This document shows positions 1 to 9,095 of a stretch of DNA of 46,979 nucleotides, one piece after another. Source of the DNA: Nitrososphaerota archaeon (GTDB lineage Archaea; Thermoproteota; Nitrososphaeria; Nitrososphaerales; JAPUIC01); contig JAPUIC010000121.1 in NCBI GenBank assembly GCA_027297425.1, positions 1 through 46,979 on the forward strand. Direction: 5' to 3'. The first letter of the stretch is position 1. Each line of letters begins with the position of its first letter. The position numbers and the translations under genes are program-made. The notes under the pieces are model-generated. The model searched no databases. It saw only the letters and a program-made list of their open reading frames with translations, and was not told the origin of the DNA.

Positions 1-1
1 T

Positions 2-1801
2 CTATTCCTTTAATTCGACTTTGTCTAGGTAGTAGTACCTGCCGATCTCCTTCTGTTTCTTATCTAATTTGCTTCCCGGTTTGTTTACCCGAGGCCGACC
101 AGTATCTATATCTCGTCTATATGTTACACCAAGTTGCTTCAAGAAGATATCCATGCCCGTATTTTTTGATAGAGGATTCGATGCTAACCCTTCAACAGAT
201 GGGGTCCCTGAAAAAATCATTAGGGAATCTGATACAATGTCTATCAATTGAACATCATGATCTACAATCATCGCAGATCTCCCCCTCGATCTAACGAATT
301 TTTGGATTACCTTAGCCAACGAGATCCTATCTTCTACGTCTATGAAGGCGGAAGGTTCATCCAAAAAGTATACTTCAGCATCTGTAAGTAGACAAGCCGA
401 AACAGCAACCTTCTGAAGCTCACCACCGCTCAGAGATGCTACATTCTTATCGAACAACTTATTCAGAGAGAGTGGATTAACTATTTCAGATTGCACTAAT
501 CCCGATTCCAGACTTCCGCCAGAAGCAGCACTCAGTAAGCTCCGAACATCGCCCTCGTAGTCAGAAGAAAGGTATTGAGGCTTGTAGGAGATCTTTGCTT
601 TAATCTCAACTTCACCCTCGCTAGGCTTCTCTACACCACCCAGCATTTTGAGAAATGTAGTCTTTCCTATAGCATTTGCACCAAGTATTCCCATCACCTG
701 CCCTTGCTTTAGTTCTCCTCCGGTAACTTTAAGCGTGAAGTCCTTGTAGCGCTTCACAAGATTAGGATATCTGGCGACCACCGGTGTATCCATTTCTTCG
801 TCCAGAGGAGCATAGATCTCGAACTTTACAGGGTGATCTCTAAATCTAATATTTTCTCTAGGGAGGTAACCATCTAAGAGTACATTCAATCCAACTCTAG
901 AAGACATCGGACTTGAGACTACACCATAGGCGCCAGGCTCTCCGAAGAGGATCTGCACTGTGTCACTCACATAGTCCAAGAGTGTCAGGTCGTGCTCCAC
1001 TAAAAGGACAAACTTTCCCTCCGCTGCTAATTCAGTAATGACACCGGTTACTGAGAGGCGTTGATAAACATCATTATATGAAGATGGTTCATCGAAAAAA
1101 TAAAAGTCAGCGTCTTTGCAAGCCGCTGCAGCTACTGCGAGCCTCTGAAGCTCACCTCCACTCAAGTCGGACAACTTCTTGTGAATGCTCTCTTCCAGAT
1201 TCAATCGTGATACCAGATCCTCTCTATTCCCCCTTTCGTCTACCTCTTTGAGCATCGAAAGACCATCCCCTTTCCAAACTTGGGGGATTTGATACACAGC
1301 TTGAGGCTTTATCGAGATCCTCAGTTCACTTGCAGCTATCTTCTGGAAGTGTTCTCTAATCTCTGGGGTCTGGAATGTATCGATTATTTGATCCCAATCA
1401 GGCTGAGAATCCCAGTTGCCCAAATTTGGCTTGAGGTTACCCGCTAAGATATTGATAGCTGTACTCTTCCCTACACCATTCCTGCCAACTAGTCCTGCAA
1501 CAGTACCTCTCCTCAGTATCGGAAGGCGGTAGAGTCTGAACTCGTTAATGCCATATTGGTGAACCTTGTCGGTCCCAAGTTCCTTAGCTAGGTTAACAAT
1601 TGTAATAGCATCGAAGGGACATTTCTTTATGCAGATTCCGCAACCTGTGCAGAGTTCTTCACTGATTACAGCCTTGCCCTCATCTCCTAGAACTATACAC
1701 TCAGAATCCATCCGATTTACTGGGCAGAAGTTGATGCACTGTAACTGGCATTTTCGTGGCAAACACGCCTCTTTATCTAATGCAGCTATTCTGAGCGTCA
1801 A
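2..1801 (-). CDS. abce1: ABCE1 / RNase L inhibitor-type ribosome recycling ATPase
   Basis: 599-aa ORF. N-terminal double 4Fe-4S ferredoxin motifs (CLPRKCQLQCINFCPV, CTGCGICIKKCP). Two ABC cassettes follow: Walker A GRNGVGKST and GANAIGKTT, signatures LSGGELQR and LSGGELQK, Walker B FYFFDEPSS and VYFLDEPSA. Confidence 0.95.
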   Translation of the reverse strand: MTLRIAALDKEACLPRKCQLQCINFCPVNRMDSECIVLGDEGKAVISEELCTGCGICIKKCPFDAITIVNLAKELGTDKVHQYGINEFRLYRLPILRRGTVAGLVGRNGVGKSTAINILAGNLKPNLGNWDSQPDWDQIIDTFQTPEIREHFQKIAASELRISIKPQAVYQIPQVWKGDGLSMLKEVDERGNREDLVSRLNLEESIHKKLSDLSGGELQRLAVAAAACKDADFYFFDEPSSYNDVYQRLSVTGVITELAAEGKFVLLVEHDLTLLDYVSDTVQILFGEPGAYGVVSSPMSSRVGLNVLLDGYLPRENIRFRDHPVKFEIYAPLDEEMDTPVVARYPNLVKRYKDFTLKVTGGELKQGQVMGILGANAIGKTTFLKMLGGVEKPSEGEVEIKAKISYKPQYLSSDYEGDVRSLLSAASGGSLESGLVQSEIVNPLSLNKLFDKNVASLSGGELQKVAVSACLLTDAEVYFLDEPSAFIDVEDRISLAKVIQKFVRSRGRSAMIVDHDVQLIDIVSDSLMIFSGTPSVEGLASNPLSKNTGMDIFLKQLGVTYRRDIDTGRPRVNKPGSKLDKKQKEIGRYYYLDKVELKE

Positions 1802-1901
1802 GTTCTCTAGTCCTATAGAAAGATCGGTGAACTAATCTCAGCTACGATTAGATGGTATATCGTCAAAAACCGCTATCACATGAGGAAAGGATATCCCGAC
1901 T

Positions 1902-2375
1902 TTAATCTTTTGCTTTCATATGTCCTGGGATAGGACAATGGGGACAGATCTGCTGAGGCTTCCTAATCTTTTGCCAGTCGTACGTTTTTTGGATTTTAGA
2001 CCATACCTGAGCCTCCCCACGTATCCCTGAGATATGAAGATTCTCGTGCTCCAATATCAATGGGAGAAACGTGCATGAGTTACACATCGGCTTGACAAAA
2101 ATTAGTCCTGAGGAAAGGGAATGGACGATCATCATAACTCCAATACCACCTAGCAACCACAAAAGGAGTGGATATGCGTACCCGCCTATTAGCAAATAAA
2201 AAACCCTACCAATTATGAGTGAAGAAGGGACCAATGCTATGCCGACAAAGAGTTCTGTCTTTCCCTTCAGCATAGTAAAAGCCAATACCTTCTTCCTAAA
2301 TGATGCTAGGATAATGAAAGGTAAGATGGCATATATCAAAGGGCCCAGGACAATCTTAGTATGTTTTTTCATCAA
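1902..2375 (-). CDS. Hypothetical multi-pass membrane protein with C-terminal Cys-rich (CxxC...CxxC) tail
   Basis: 157-aa ORF with about 4 hydrophobic helices, then CNSC (residues ~98-101) and CPHCPIPGH near the C-terminus. No family recognised. Lies downstream of and co-oriented with the wHTH regulator. Confidence 0.4.
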   Translation of the reverse strand: MMKKHTKIVLGPLIYAILPFIILASFRKKVLAFTMLKGKTELFVGIALVPSSLIIGRVFYLLIGGYAYPLLLWLLGGIGVMMIVHSLSSGLIFVKPMCNSCTFLPLILEHENLHISGIRGEAQVWSKIQKTYDWQKIRKPQQICPHCPIPGHMKAKD

Positions 2376-2441
2376 TTCGAAGGCTTATCCTAGCCCAATA
2401 GATTATTTGTTAATAAATGTGAAAGATAAGATCTTTGTTAA

Positions 2442-3041
2442 TTAGCCCAAGATTTTTGATACAATCTTCTGCACTTCTTCTTGGCTGAGTCCGAAGTAGC
2501 CAGCAGCCTTTGTAAGATCATCTTCATTCCGACTATAGAGAAAAGCTCTGAGAAGGTATTCTTCTACTGGGGAACACTTCAATTTCCCTACGACATGGTC
2601 CTTGAAACACTCCAGTTCAGTCATCTCTTCAAAGATTCTGGACTCACGATTCCGTAGAAGTCTCAACCTTCGTTTCAGTTGATTCAACCCATCTTCGGTT
2701 TCGGCTAATATTCGGGAAGCATGTTTTTTTTCCTTCGGTATACGGTACGATCTCGGACTCTTCAGGGACATAAACAAGGATAATCTTTCATCTTCCCTTC
2801 CTGAAAAGAGATAGAGAGGCTTGTCAAGCTTATAATAAGCTCGGATGAGACTTTTAGACGATTTATCACGGTTCACAATCACTATCCTTACCAAGCCATC
2901 AGCCACCAGACTCTTTAGTTGTTTAGAGATGCCTTGGGTGGAGACACTAGTAATATCAGCAAGCTCCGATAAACACCGAGGCCTCGAGCTCAAGAGGTCT
3001 AGGATGTGAATCTTTGTCCTAGATGTTACGCTCGCTATCAA
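2442..3041 (-). CDS. Winged-helix (ArsR/Phr-like) transcriptional regulator with helical C-terminal half
   Basis: 199-aa ORF. N-terminal wHTH signature IHILDLLSSRPRCLSELADITSVSTQGISKQLKSLVADGLVR. C-terminal charged, coiled-coil-like region (LKRRLRLLRNRESRIFEEM). Divergent from hsp20-cdc48. Confidence 0.6.
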   Translation of the reverse strand: MIASVTSRTKIHILDLLSSRPRCLSELADITSVSTQGISKQLKSLVADGLVRIVIVNRDKSSKSLIRAYYKLDKPLYLFSGREDERLSLFMSLKSPRSYRIPKEKKHASRILAETEDGLNQLKRRLRLLRNRESRIFEEMTELECFKDHVVGKLKCSPVEEYLLRAFLYSRNEDDLTKAAGYFGLSQEEVQKIVSKILG

Positions 3042-3077
3042 CTAAAACTCCCTAGGATACACCAATGGAACATAAGC

Positions 3078-3085
3078 TTTATAAA
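3078..3085. promoter_or_regulatory. Palindromic TATA-like element TTTATAAA shared by the divergent regulator and hsp20 genes
   Basis: It is the only A/T box in the 75-bp intergenic region. Its centre is ~40 nt from the minus-strand start (3041) and ~36 nt from the plus-strand start (3117). Confidence 0.4.
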
Positions 3086-3116
3086 CACTTGGTTGCAAAC
3101 TAGTAGTTGAGAACCA

Positions 3117-3623
3117 TTGGCGTATTGGAATAGGATAAGAACTCAGGACATAATGGATACGTTAGATAGTATTATGGAGGAAATGGAACGGGACTTTGAG
3201 CTAGTATTACGAGGAGCTTTAGATTCCCAAGAAAAGTTTGAGAAGCCACTGTATTATGGATTTTCAGTTCAGATCGGTGATGATGGTCATCCAGTTATCC
3301 AGACATATGGCAACACTGGGCTGAGCGAAGAAGGGACTAGGGAACCTATCTATGAAGAGATTCTCGATCCTACCAAAGGCCAAACGCGATTAGTAATAGA
3401 ACTTCCCGGGATCGAGAAGGAAGATCTGGAATTAAACTGTACCGAAGACACGGCAAACATTAAGGCATCTAGAGGGGACCGAAAATACCTATCGACAATC
3501 AAATTAAAGGAGAAAATTGAACCGGGAACTGCTTCAGCCAAATATAGAAATGGCGTATTAGATGTCACTTTTAATCTAAAAGGCAAAGATATTAAGGGGC
3601 AAAGCAAGATCAAAATAAATTAG
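3117..3623 (+). CDS. hsp20: Small heat-shock protein (Hsp20 / alpha-crystallin domain)
   Basis: 168-aa ORF. Alpha-crystallin core RLVIELPGIEKEDLELNCTEDTANIKASRGDRKYLSTIKL...AKYRNGVLDVTFNL. The track start is TTG at 3117. An ATG at 3153 (MDTLDSIMEE) is an alternative start. Confidence 0.85.
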   Translation: MAYWNRIRTQDIMDTLDSIMEEMERDFELVLRGALDSQEKFEKPLYYGFSVQIGDDGHPVIQTYGNTGLSEEGTREPIYEEILDPTKGQTRLVIELPGIEKEDLELNCTEDTANIKASRGDRKYLSTIKLKEKIEPGTASAKYRNGVLDVTFNLKGKDIKGQSKIKIN

Positions 3624-3635
3624 GGTGGTAGAGAG

Positions 3636-5804
3636 ATGCCGAATCAACAATTAGTTCTGAAGGTGCTAGAGGCCTATACAAGAGATGTAGGTCGAGGAGT
3701 GGCAAGAATCGATTATGATGCGATGGACGGTCTAGAAGCATCTACGGGCGACATTATTGAGGTCAAAGGTAAGAGAAAGACTGTAGCGAAGTGTTTGCCA
3801 CTTTACCCCTCAGATGAAGGAAGAGGTGTAATTAGGATCGATGGGCTCATCCGAAATAACACAGGTATAGCTATAGGAGATTCTGTGACAGTTAAGAAGA
3901 TAAAGGCTCCTCTCGCAGAAAAGGTTGTAGTCGCGCCTCTAGAAGCGATCCCACCGATAGATGAGAGGTATCTTGCAGACGCCTTAGAAAGCGTTCCCGT
4001 TACAAAAGGTGATAATATAATGATACCTTACTTCGGGGGCAGGTTAACATTTCAAGTTTTATCAATTAGTCCGGCCGCTGACGCCGTACTTATTACTCAG
4101 AGAACAACATTTGCCATATCTGAGAAGGGAGAGGCTCTCCGTGGAGTGCCTCAAGTTACCTATGAAGATATTGGCGGTCTTAGGGAGGAGATCCAGAAGG
4201 TTCGGGAAATGATCGAGTTGCCTCTAAGGCACCCCGAGATCTTCGAGAAACTTGGTATAGAGGCGCCAAAAGGTGTACTTCTTTATGGTCCGCCGGGTAC
4301 TGGTAAGACCTTACTCGCCAAGGCCGTTGCTACAGAAAGCGCCGCACATTTCATCAGTATTAGTGGACCAGAAATAATGAGTAAATTCTATGGAGAATCA
4401 GAGGCGAGGCTAAGAGAGATCTTCAAAGAAGCGAAGGAGAAGTCGCCTAGTATAGTATTTATCGACGAAATCGACTCGATTGCTCCCAAGAGAGAGGAGG
4501 TCACGGGAGAGGTAGAACGAAGAGTTGTAAGCCAACTTCTCTCTTTGATGGACGGTCTTGAGGGTCGAGGTAAGGTTGTCGTGATTGCTGCGACCAACAG
4601 ACCCAACGCTATCGATCCTGCTCTACGTAGACCCGGTAGATTCGATAGAGAGATCGAAATTAAGGTACCCGATAAGAAGGGAAGAATGGAGGTTCTTCTT
4701 ATCCATACGAGACATATGCCGTTGACAGAAGACGTGGATCTAGACAAGATATCAGCGGTAACCCACGGTTTTGTTGGAGCAGACCTTGAGGGTCTTTGTA
4801 AGGAAGCAGCCATGAAGACCCTTCGCAGGCTCTTACCGGAGATGAAGTTGGAAGAGGAGAAGATAAGCCCAGAATCTCTAAACAAACTTGTGGTAACGGG
4901 GGAAGACTATGCTTATGCCATAAAGGATGTAACCCCATCCGCGATGCGGGAAGTTTACCTGGAAAGTCCTGATGTAAAGTGGTCACAAATAGGTGGTTTG
5001 GAGGATATCAAGAAACAGCTTCAAGAGGCGGTTGAGTGGCCTCTCAAATATCCAGATGTATACTCAGCCCTTGGATATAGTATGCCAAAGGGGATGTTAC
5101 TTCATGGACCATCAGGTGCTGGGAAGACTTTGATGGCAAAAGCTGTCGCTACCGAGAGTGAAGCTAACTTCATCAGTATAAGGGGGCCCGAGTTGTTATC
5201 TAAATGGGTAGGCGAATCAGAGAGAGGAGTTAGAGAAGTCTTTAGGAGGGCTAGACAGGCATCACCATGTATTATCTTCTTCGATGAGATCGATGCTTTG
5301 GCTCCAATTCGTGGTCTAGGAAACGATAGTATGGCCACTGAACGGGTAGTCAGTCAACTTCTTACTGAACTAGATGGTATGCAAGCTTTGTCAGGAGTAG
5401 TAGTTATAGCAGCAACAAACAGGATTGATATGATCGATCCTGCCCTACTGAGAGCAGGGAGATTTGATAAGATACTGTATATGCCACTACCGGATAAAGA
5501 TGCCAGGAAAGCTATCTTAGAAATTCATTTGCGAGACAAGAAATTAGTAGCTGACGTGGATGTTGGAAAACTTACAGAGATGACAGATGGGCTCAGCGGA
5601 GCAGACCTTGCATCAGTTGTGAATACTGCCATGTCCCTTGTTCTTCAGGAGCTGATAGAGAAGTACCCGAACCCGGACGATACCAAGAAGCATGCAGCTG
5701 AGGCATTGGTTGGGATGAAGTACTTTGAAGATGCCGTTAGGAAAGTCAAGACATCTAGGGACGGTAAGCCTGTTGACAAGCTAGCCGTACCATACTATAG
5801 ATAG
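3636..5804 (+). CDS. cdc48: CDC48/VCP/p97-type double AAA+ ATPase
   Basis: 722-aa ORF. CDC48 N-domain ([30 protein letters not shown]). D1 Walker A GPPGTGKT and Walker [11 protein letters not shown]2 Walker A GPSGAGKT and Walker [10 protein letters not shown]. Confidence 0.93.
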   Translation: MPNQQLVLKVLEAYTRDVGRGVARIDYDAMDGLEASTGDIIEVKGKRKTVAKCLPLYPSDEGRGVIRIDGLIRNNTGIAIGDSVTVKKIKAPLAEKVVVAPLEAIPPIDERYLADALESVPVTKGDNIMIPYFGGRLTFQVLSISPAADAVLITQRTTFAISEKGEALRGVPQVTYEDIGGLREEIQKVREMIELPLRHPEIFEKLGIEAPKGVLLYGPPGTGKTLLAKAVATESAAHFISISGPEIMSKFYGESEARLREIFKEAKEKSPSIVFIDEIDSIAPKREEVTGEVERRVVSQLLSLMDGLEGRGKVVVIAATNRPNAIDPALRRPGRFDREIEIKVPDKKGRMEVLLIHTRHMPLTEDVDLDKISAVTHGFVGADLEGLCKEAAMKTLRRLLPEMKLEEEKISPESLNKLVVTGEDYAYAIKDVTPSAMREVYLESPDVKWSQIGGLEDIKKQLQEAVEWPLKYPDVYSALGYSMPKGMLLHGPSGAGKTLMAKAVATESEANFISIRGPELLSKWVGESERGVREVFRRARQASPCIIFFDEIDALAPIRGLGNDSMATERVVSQLLTELDGMQALSGVVVIAATNRIDMIDPALLRAGRFDKILYMPLPDKDARKAILEIHLRDKKLVADVDVGKLTEMTDGLSGADLASVVNTAMSLVLQELIEKYPNPDDTKKHAAEALVGMKYFEDAVRKVKTSRDGKPVDKLAVPYYR

Positions 5805-5984
5805 AAAAAAATATCAACTCTCTAATCTCCGGGAGGAGCAGAATAATATATGCCATATACCTGTTCTATCCTTCCCTTTAGAGAGTTTTGGGGTTAGAGA
5901 TAATCTCAAAGAGTATTACGAACGCCGAATTCTACGGAAACATCCAAAAGGAGACTGTAGCGTGGTAGTGTTAAGGGGTCTGGA

Positions 5985-7583
5985 TTGGTAATAATCGGAA
6001 GGGGTACCTGGATCGATCAGCTGGCTTCTAAGATCATAGAGAGGGAGAAGAATCTAGGTCGAGATCTCAAATTATTGCGTGTAGAAAGTGGTCTTGGCGC
6101 CTCCGGTATTCCTCATGTTGGGAGCCTGGGAGACGCAGTACGTGCCCATGGAATTAGGTTGGCGTTAAGTGACAATGGGTATCCATCTGAACTAATAGCT
6201 TTTTCAGATGACCTAGATGGGCTCCGAAAGGTACCTGCCGGCTTTCCAGATTGGCTCGAAGACCATATAGCTAAGCCGGTTTCGGCCATCCCCGATCCGT
6301 TTTCTTGTCACTCTTCTTACGGTGCACATATGAGCTCTATCTTGACGGATGCGCTCGACAGATGCGAGATTCCCTATACTTTCAAAAGTGGTACCGATAC
6401 ATATAGAGAAGGGATTCTAAATGAGCAGGTAGCCCGTATTTTGGAACATTCAAAGGAGATCGGTCAACAAATTGCTTTGATGTCCGGACAAAAAAAATAT
6501 GAGGATGTATTGCCATACTTTCCCATCTGTGAAGGGTGTGGTAGACTGTATGTCGCGGAGGCATATGAGTATAGGAGTGAGGAACGGAAAGTTCTATACA
6601 GATGTAAAGGGACCAAGATTCGCGATCGAAGCCTGAAGGGCTGTAATTATGAAGGAGAGATGAGCATAGCTGATGGGCGCGGTAAGTTGAGCTGGAAAGC
6701 GGAGTTCGCTGCAAGATGGTCCGCATTAGATATCAGGTTCGAAGCCTACGGAAAGGATATTGCCGATTCGGTCAGGATAAATGATTGGGTAGCGGATAAA
6801 ATTTTAGATCGTCCGCCTCCATCCCATGCAAAATATGAAATGTTTCTAGATAAATCGGGCAAGAAAATATCAAAATCAAAAGGAAATGTATTCACGCCTC
6901 AGTCTTGGTTAAGATATGGAACCAGGGAGTCATTACTTTTGCTCATGTTCAAAAGGATGGCTGGAACACGATCTCTTTCTCCTGTAGATATACCCGTCTA
7001 TATGGATGAATACGATGAGTTAGAGAACATATATTTTGGCAGATTAAAGGGAGTGGAATCTAATGAAATGAAATTAGCCAAATCTAGAGGGCTATACGAA
7101 TACATTAACTCACTAGACCCGCCAAAAGCTCCGAACGCTCATGTTCCGTATCAGATGCTAGTTCAGTTGACCTCTTATGCACCTAAAGACTCTGTTCTGG
7201 AGTATGTTGAAAAAAGACTTGTAGCCTATAAGACCATCTCAGAGCCTACTGAATCCCTAAAAAATAAGATCATTCTAGCATCATATTGGGCCAAAGACTT
7301 TACCGCCTTAGACTCCTCCAATAAAGTTAAGGTTAGTTCCGATGGAAGACGGGCACTGACTGCACTCGCTACCTTCTTACCAGGCCAGAGTGATCCGGAT
7401 GCAATTCAGACTGAAATTTTCGAGATAGCGAGAAGGAATGATCTGTTACCGAAAGAGTTCTTTAGCCTGCTCTACCTGTTGTTATTAGGTGCTGAACGTG
7501 GACCTCGCTTAGGACCTTATCTCATAGATATTGGGACTCAGAACGCTGTAAAGATGATTCGGAAGCAACTAGATAAGGCATAG
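5985..7583 (+). CDS. lysK: Class I lysyl-tRNA synthetase
   Basis: 532-aa ORF. HIGH-like motif SGIPHVGSLGD, KMSKS-like motif KISKSKGN, and overall archaeal class I LysRS layout. TTG start in the track. Confidence 0.85.
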   Translation: MVIIGRGTWIDQLASKIIEREKNLGRDLKLLRVESGLGASGIPHVGSLGDAVRAHGIRLALSDNGYPSELIAFSDDLDGLRKVPAGFPDWLEDHIAKPVSAIPDPFSCHSSYGAHMSSILTDALDRCEIPYTFKSGTDTYREGILNEQVARILEHSKEIGQQIALMSGQKKYEDVLPYFPICEGCGRLYVAEAYEYRSEERKVLYRCKGTKIRDRSLKGCNYEGEMSIADGRGKLSWKAEFAARWSALDIRFEAYGKDIADSVRINDWVADKILDRPPPSHAKYEMFLDKSGKKISKSKGNVFTPQSWLRYGTRESLLLLMFKRMAGTRSLSPVDIPVYMDEYDELENIYFGRLKGVESNEMKLAKSRGLYEYINSLDPPKAPNAHVPYQMLVQLTSYAPKDSVLEYVEKRLVAYKTISEPTESLKNKIILASYWAKDFTALDSSNKVKVSSDGRRALTALATFLPGQSDPDAIQTEIFEIARRNDLLPKEFFSLLYLLLLGAERGPRLGPYLIDIGTQNAVKMIRKQLDKA

Positions 7584-7591
7584 AAATAGTA

Positions 7592-7600
7592 TTATATTTA
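7592..7600 (+). promoter_or_regulatory. TATA-like box (TTATATTTA) upstream of tRNA-Arg
   Basis: Centred ~29 nt upstream of tRNA position 1 (7625). The same spacing recurs at the other three tRNA genes. Confidence 0.45.
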
Positions 7601-7624
7601 TGTGGCATACCGGAGCATTATCAG

Positions 7625-7752
7625 GGGCCCGTAGCCTAGACTGGACTCGACCCATCAAGGCTGGTTCAAAGACTGGATTAGGGCGTCGGGGGTAACTATC
7701 CCGCGCAAGCCTGCGAAGCCGGAGGTCGTGGGTTCAAATCCCACCGGGCCCG
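7625..7752 (+). tRNA. tRNA-Arg (anticodon GCG) interrupted by two introns (D-loop and anticodon stem 29/30)
   Basis: Acceptor GGGCCCG (7625-7631) pairs with CGGGCCC (7745-7751); discriminator G. D-stem GCCT/GGGC. T-arm GTGGG-TTCAAAT-CCCAC (7728-7744). Anticodon loop CTGCGAA (7711-7717) with 3' stem GCCGG. The 5' stem TCG+GC forms only if 7689-7708 (20 nt) is removed. A 32-nt insert (about 7646-7677, flanked by repeated GACTGGA) interrupts the D-loop. 76 + 52 = 128 nt. Confidence 0.8.
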
Positions 7753-8005
7753 CTTATATTCACGTCAGTATCAAGTCCAGGAATTAAAACAACCATACTA
7801 TGAGTTCAATCTAATCATGTTCAAAAATTAGCAGTTCTCATGTCCGTCAGGCTTACACAGCACGAGTCTCATATAGAAAGAGAATCCAGGCCATTCTTTG
7901 ACTGGACATGATTACTATTGCACTTGAAGTCGGGGCTCTCAAAAGTTTCATATATCTAATAATTGTTGAAACATGATTATCTCCAAAATCGCTGGTTAAT
8001 CAGAC

Positions 8006-8278
8006 ATGGAAAGCATTCAACAAAAGATAAAACAAAAAACACGAAGGTACCTATTGGTCTCTGTGGCAGTTGTAATACTAATACATGCTATGATATTCGT
8101 TAATGCGGTCATATTCCTTGTAGCAGGAGCGATGACGGTCTATCAATTCATGGCATTACATCTATCTGCTCAGGGTATTGCTTTTCTCAACTTGGCCCTA
8201 GGTCCTGGAGCCTATCGGAGACATCTGGAGAAGAGAGCACATAAGCTCGACGATGTGCTGGTTAACAGATATACATAG
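8006..8278 (+). CDS. Hypothetical small membrane protein
   Basis: 90-aa ORF with two hydrophobic helices. No recognisable motif. Confidence 0.3.
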   Translation: MESIQQKIKQKTRRYLLVSVAVVILIHAMIFVNAVIFLVAGAMTVYQFMALHLSAQGIAFLNLALGPGAYRRHLEKRAHKLDDVLVNRYT

Positions 8279-8287
8279 TTTTAGGGT

Positions 8288-8971
8288 CTACCTCATTATA
8301 CGTCGCACCAGATAGATTACGCTAACTGCAATAACCGGTATCATTGAAGCACTCATAATGAGACCAACTACTCCGTGCTGAGCCAGACTGTATGTTACGT
8401 ATATGGGACTTGCAACAGTTGATAGGTAGAAACCATACAGTGTCATAACCTTCCCTATAGCTATAAGGAGGATTACTAATCTAAATTTCGATAGGACCTT
8501 TGTTAGGGATAGTAGAATCCCGCCGATTAGAATGAAGGAGAAGTGCATCTGGAAATGGAGGGAGTTATTCAAGACGCCCATGGTAAAGTTCTCAGGTATA
8601 TGCCAGTAGACTAACACTATCGAGATTAATGCAATCCCGACAAATCCCTTGCTATTTACAGTGATGTTTAATCTAGAGAAAGTCGAGTATACTTTTGCAA
8701 GTAAGACCCCGCTTCTCTTTACTCGAAACCTATTGATGCTGCCGATAACGATCTTCTCTATGCCTGATGACGTTAATCCTCCGACGAGAATATATGCAAT
8801 ATGCTCAGGTAGCATATGAAATGCCAGGGACATTTCCTCCAGAAATTCGATGGTATTAGTCATGAGTATAACCGCCAGGAAGATTCCTAGGATAATTCGT
8901 ATTATTCCTGAAAGGAATCGGTGGTTATCGTTGATTCTCTGACCGAATACCAAGTTGAAAAGTACGACCAT
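8288..8971 (-). CDS. Multi-pass membrane protein downstream of coxA; possible oxidase assembly factor (CtaG-like, tentative)
   Basis: 227-aa ORF with ~6-7 TM helices and conserved-looking His pairs (FHMLPEHIAY, SLHFQMHFSF). Last gene of the co-oriented cox cluster. The family assignment is a guess from context. Confidence 0.35.
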   Translation of the reverse strand: MVVLFNLVFGQRINDNHRFLSGIIRIILGIFLAVILMTNTIEFLEEMSLAFHMLPEHIAYILVGGLTSSGIEKIVIGSINRFRVKRSGVLLAKVYSTFSRLNITVNSKGFVGIALISIVLVYWHIPENFTMGVLNNSLHFQMHFSFILIGGILLSLTKVLSKFRLVILLIAIGKVMTLYGFYLSTVASPIYVTYSLAQHGVVGLIMSASMIPVIAVSVIYLVRRIMR

Positions 8972-9095
8972 TATGCAGAATGACAGAGATGGCTACATTA
9001 TCCTTTACTGAAGCCCATTACCAAAGCCACTCTGAATAAACCCAAAAGCTAGTGCCTAGATACTCTTCTGTAAAATATAAATTTTAAGGGTCTAT

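Noticed and set aside
7687-7703. Local hairpin CGGGG-GTAACTA-TCCCG in tRNA-Arg as an alternative anticodon arm (AAC, Val).
   Set aside because: It would give G32, A34 and U37, and it leaves no way to connect to the variable region and T-arm. The GCG model gives a canonical CTGCGAA loop directly adjoining the 3' stem, variable loop and T-arm.
7639-7907. 8-mer GACTGGAC in the tRNA-Arg D-loop (7639-7646), repeated 250 nt downstream (7900-7907), as a possible integration scar next to a tRNA.
   Set aside because: The match is only 8 nt, no mobile-element genes lie between or nearby, and it is compatible with chance.
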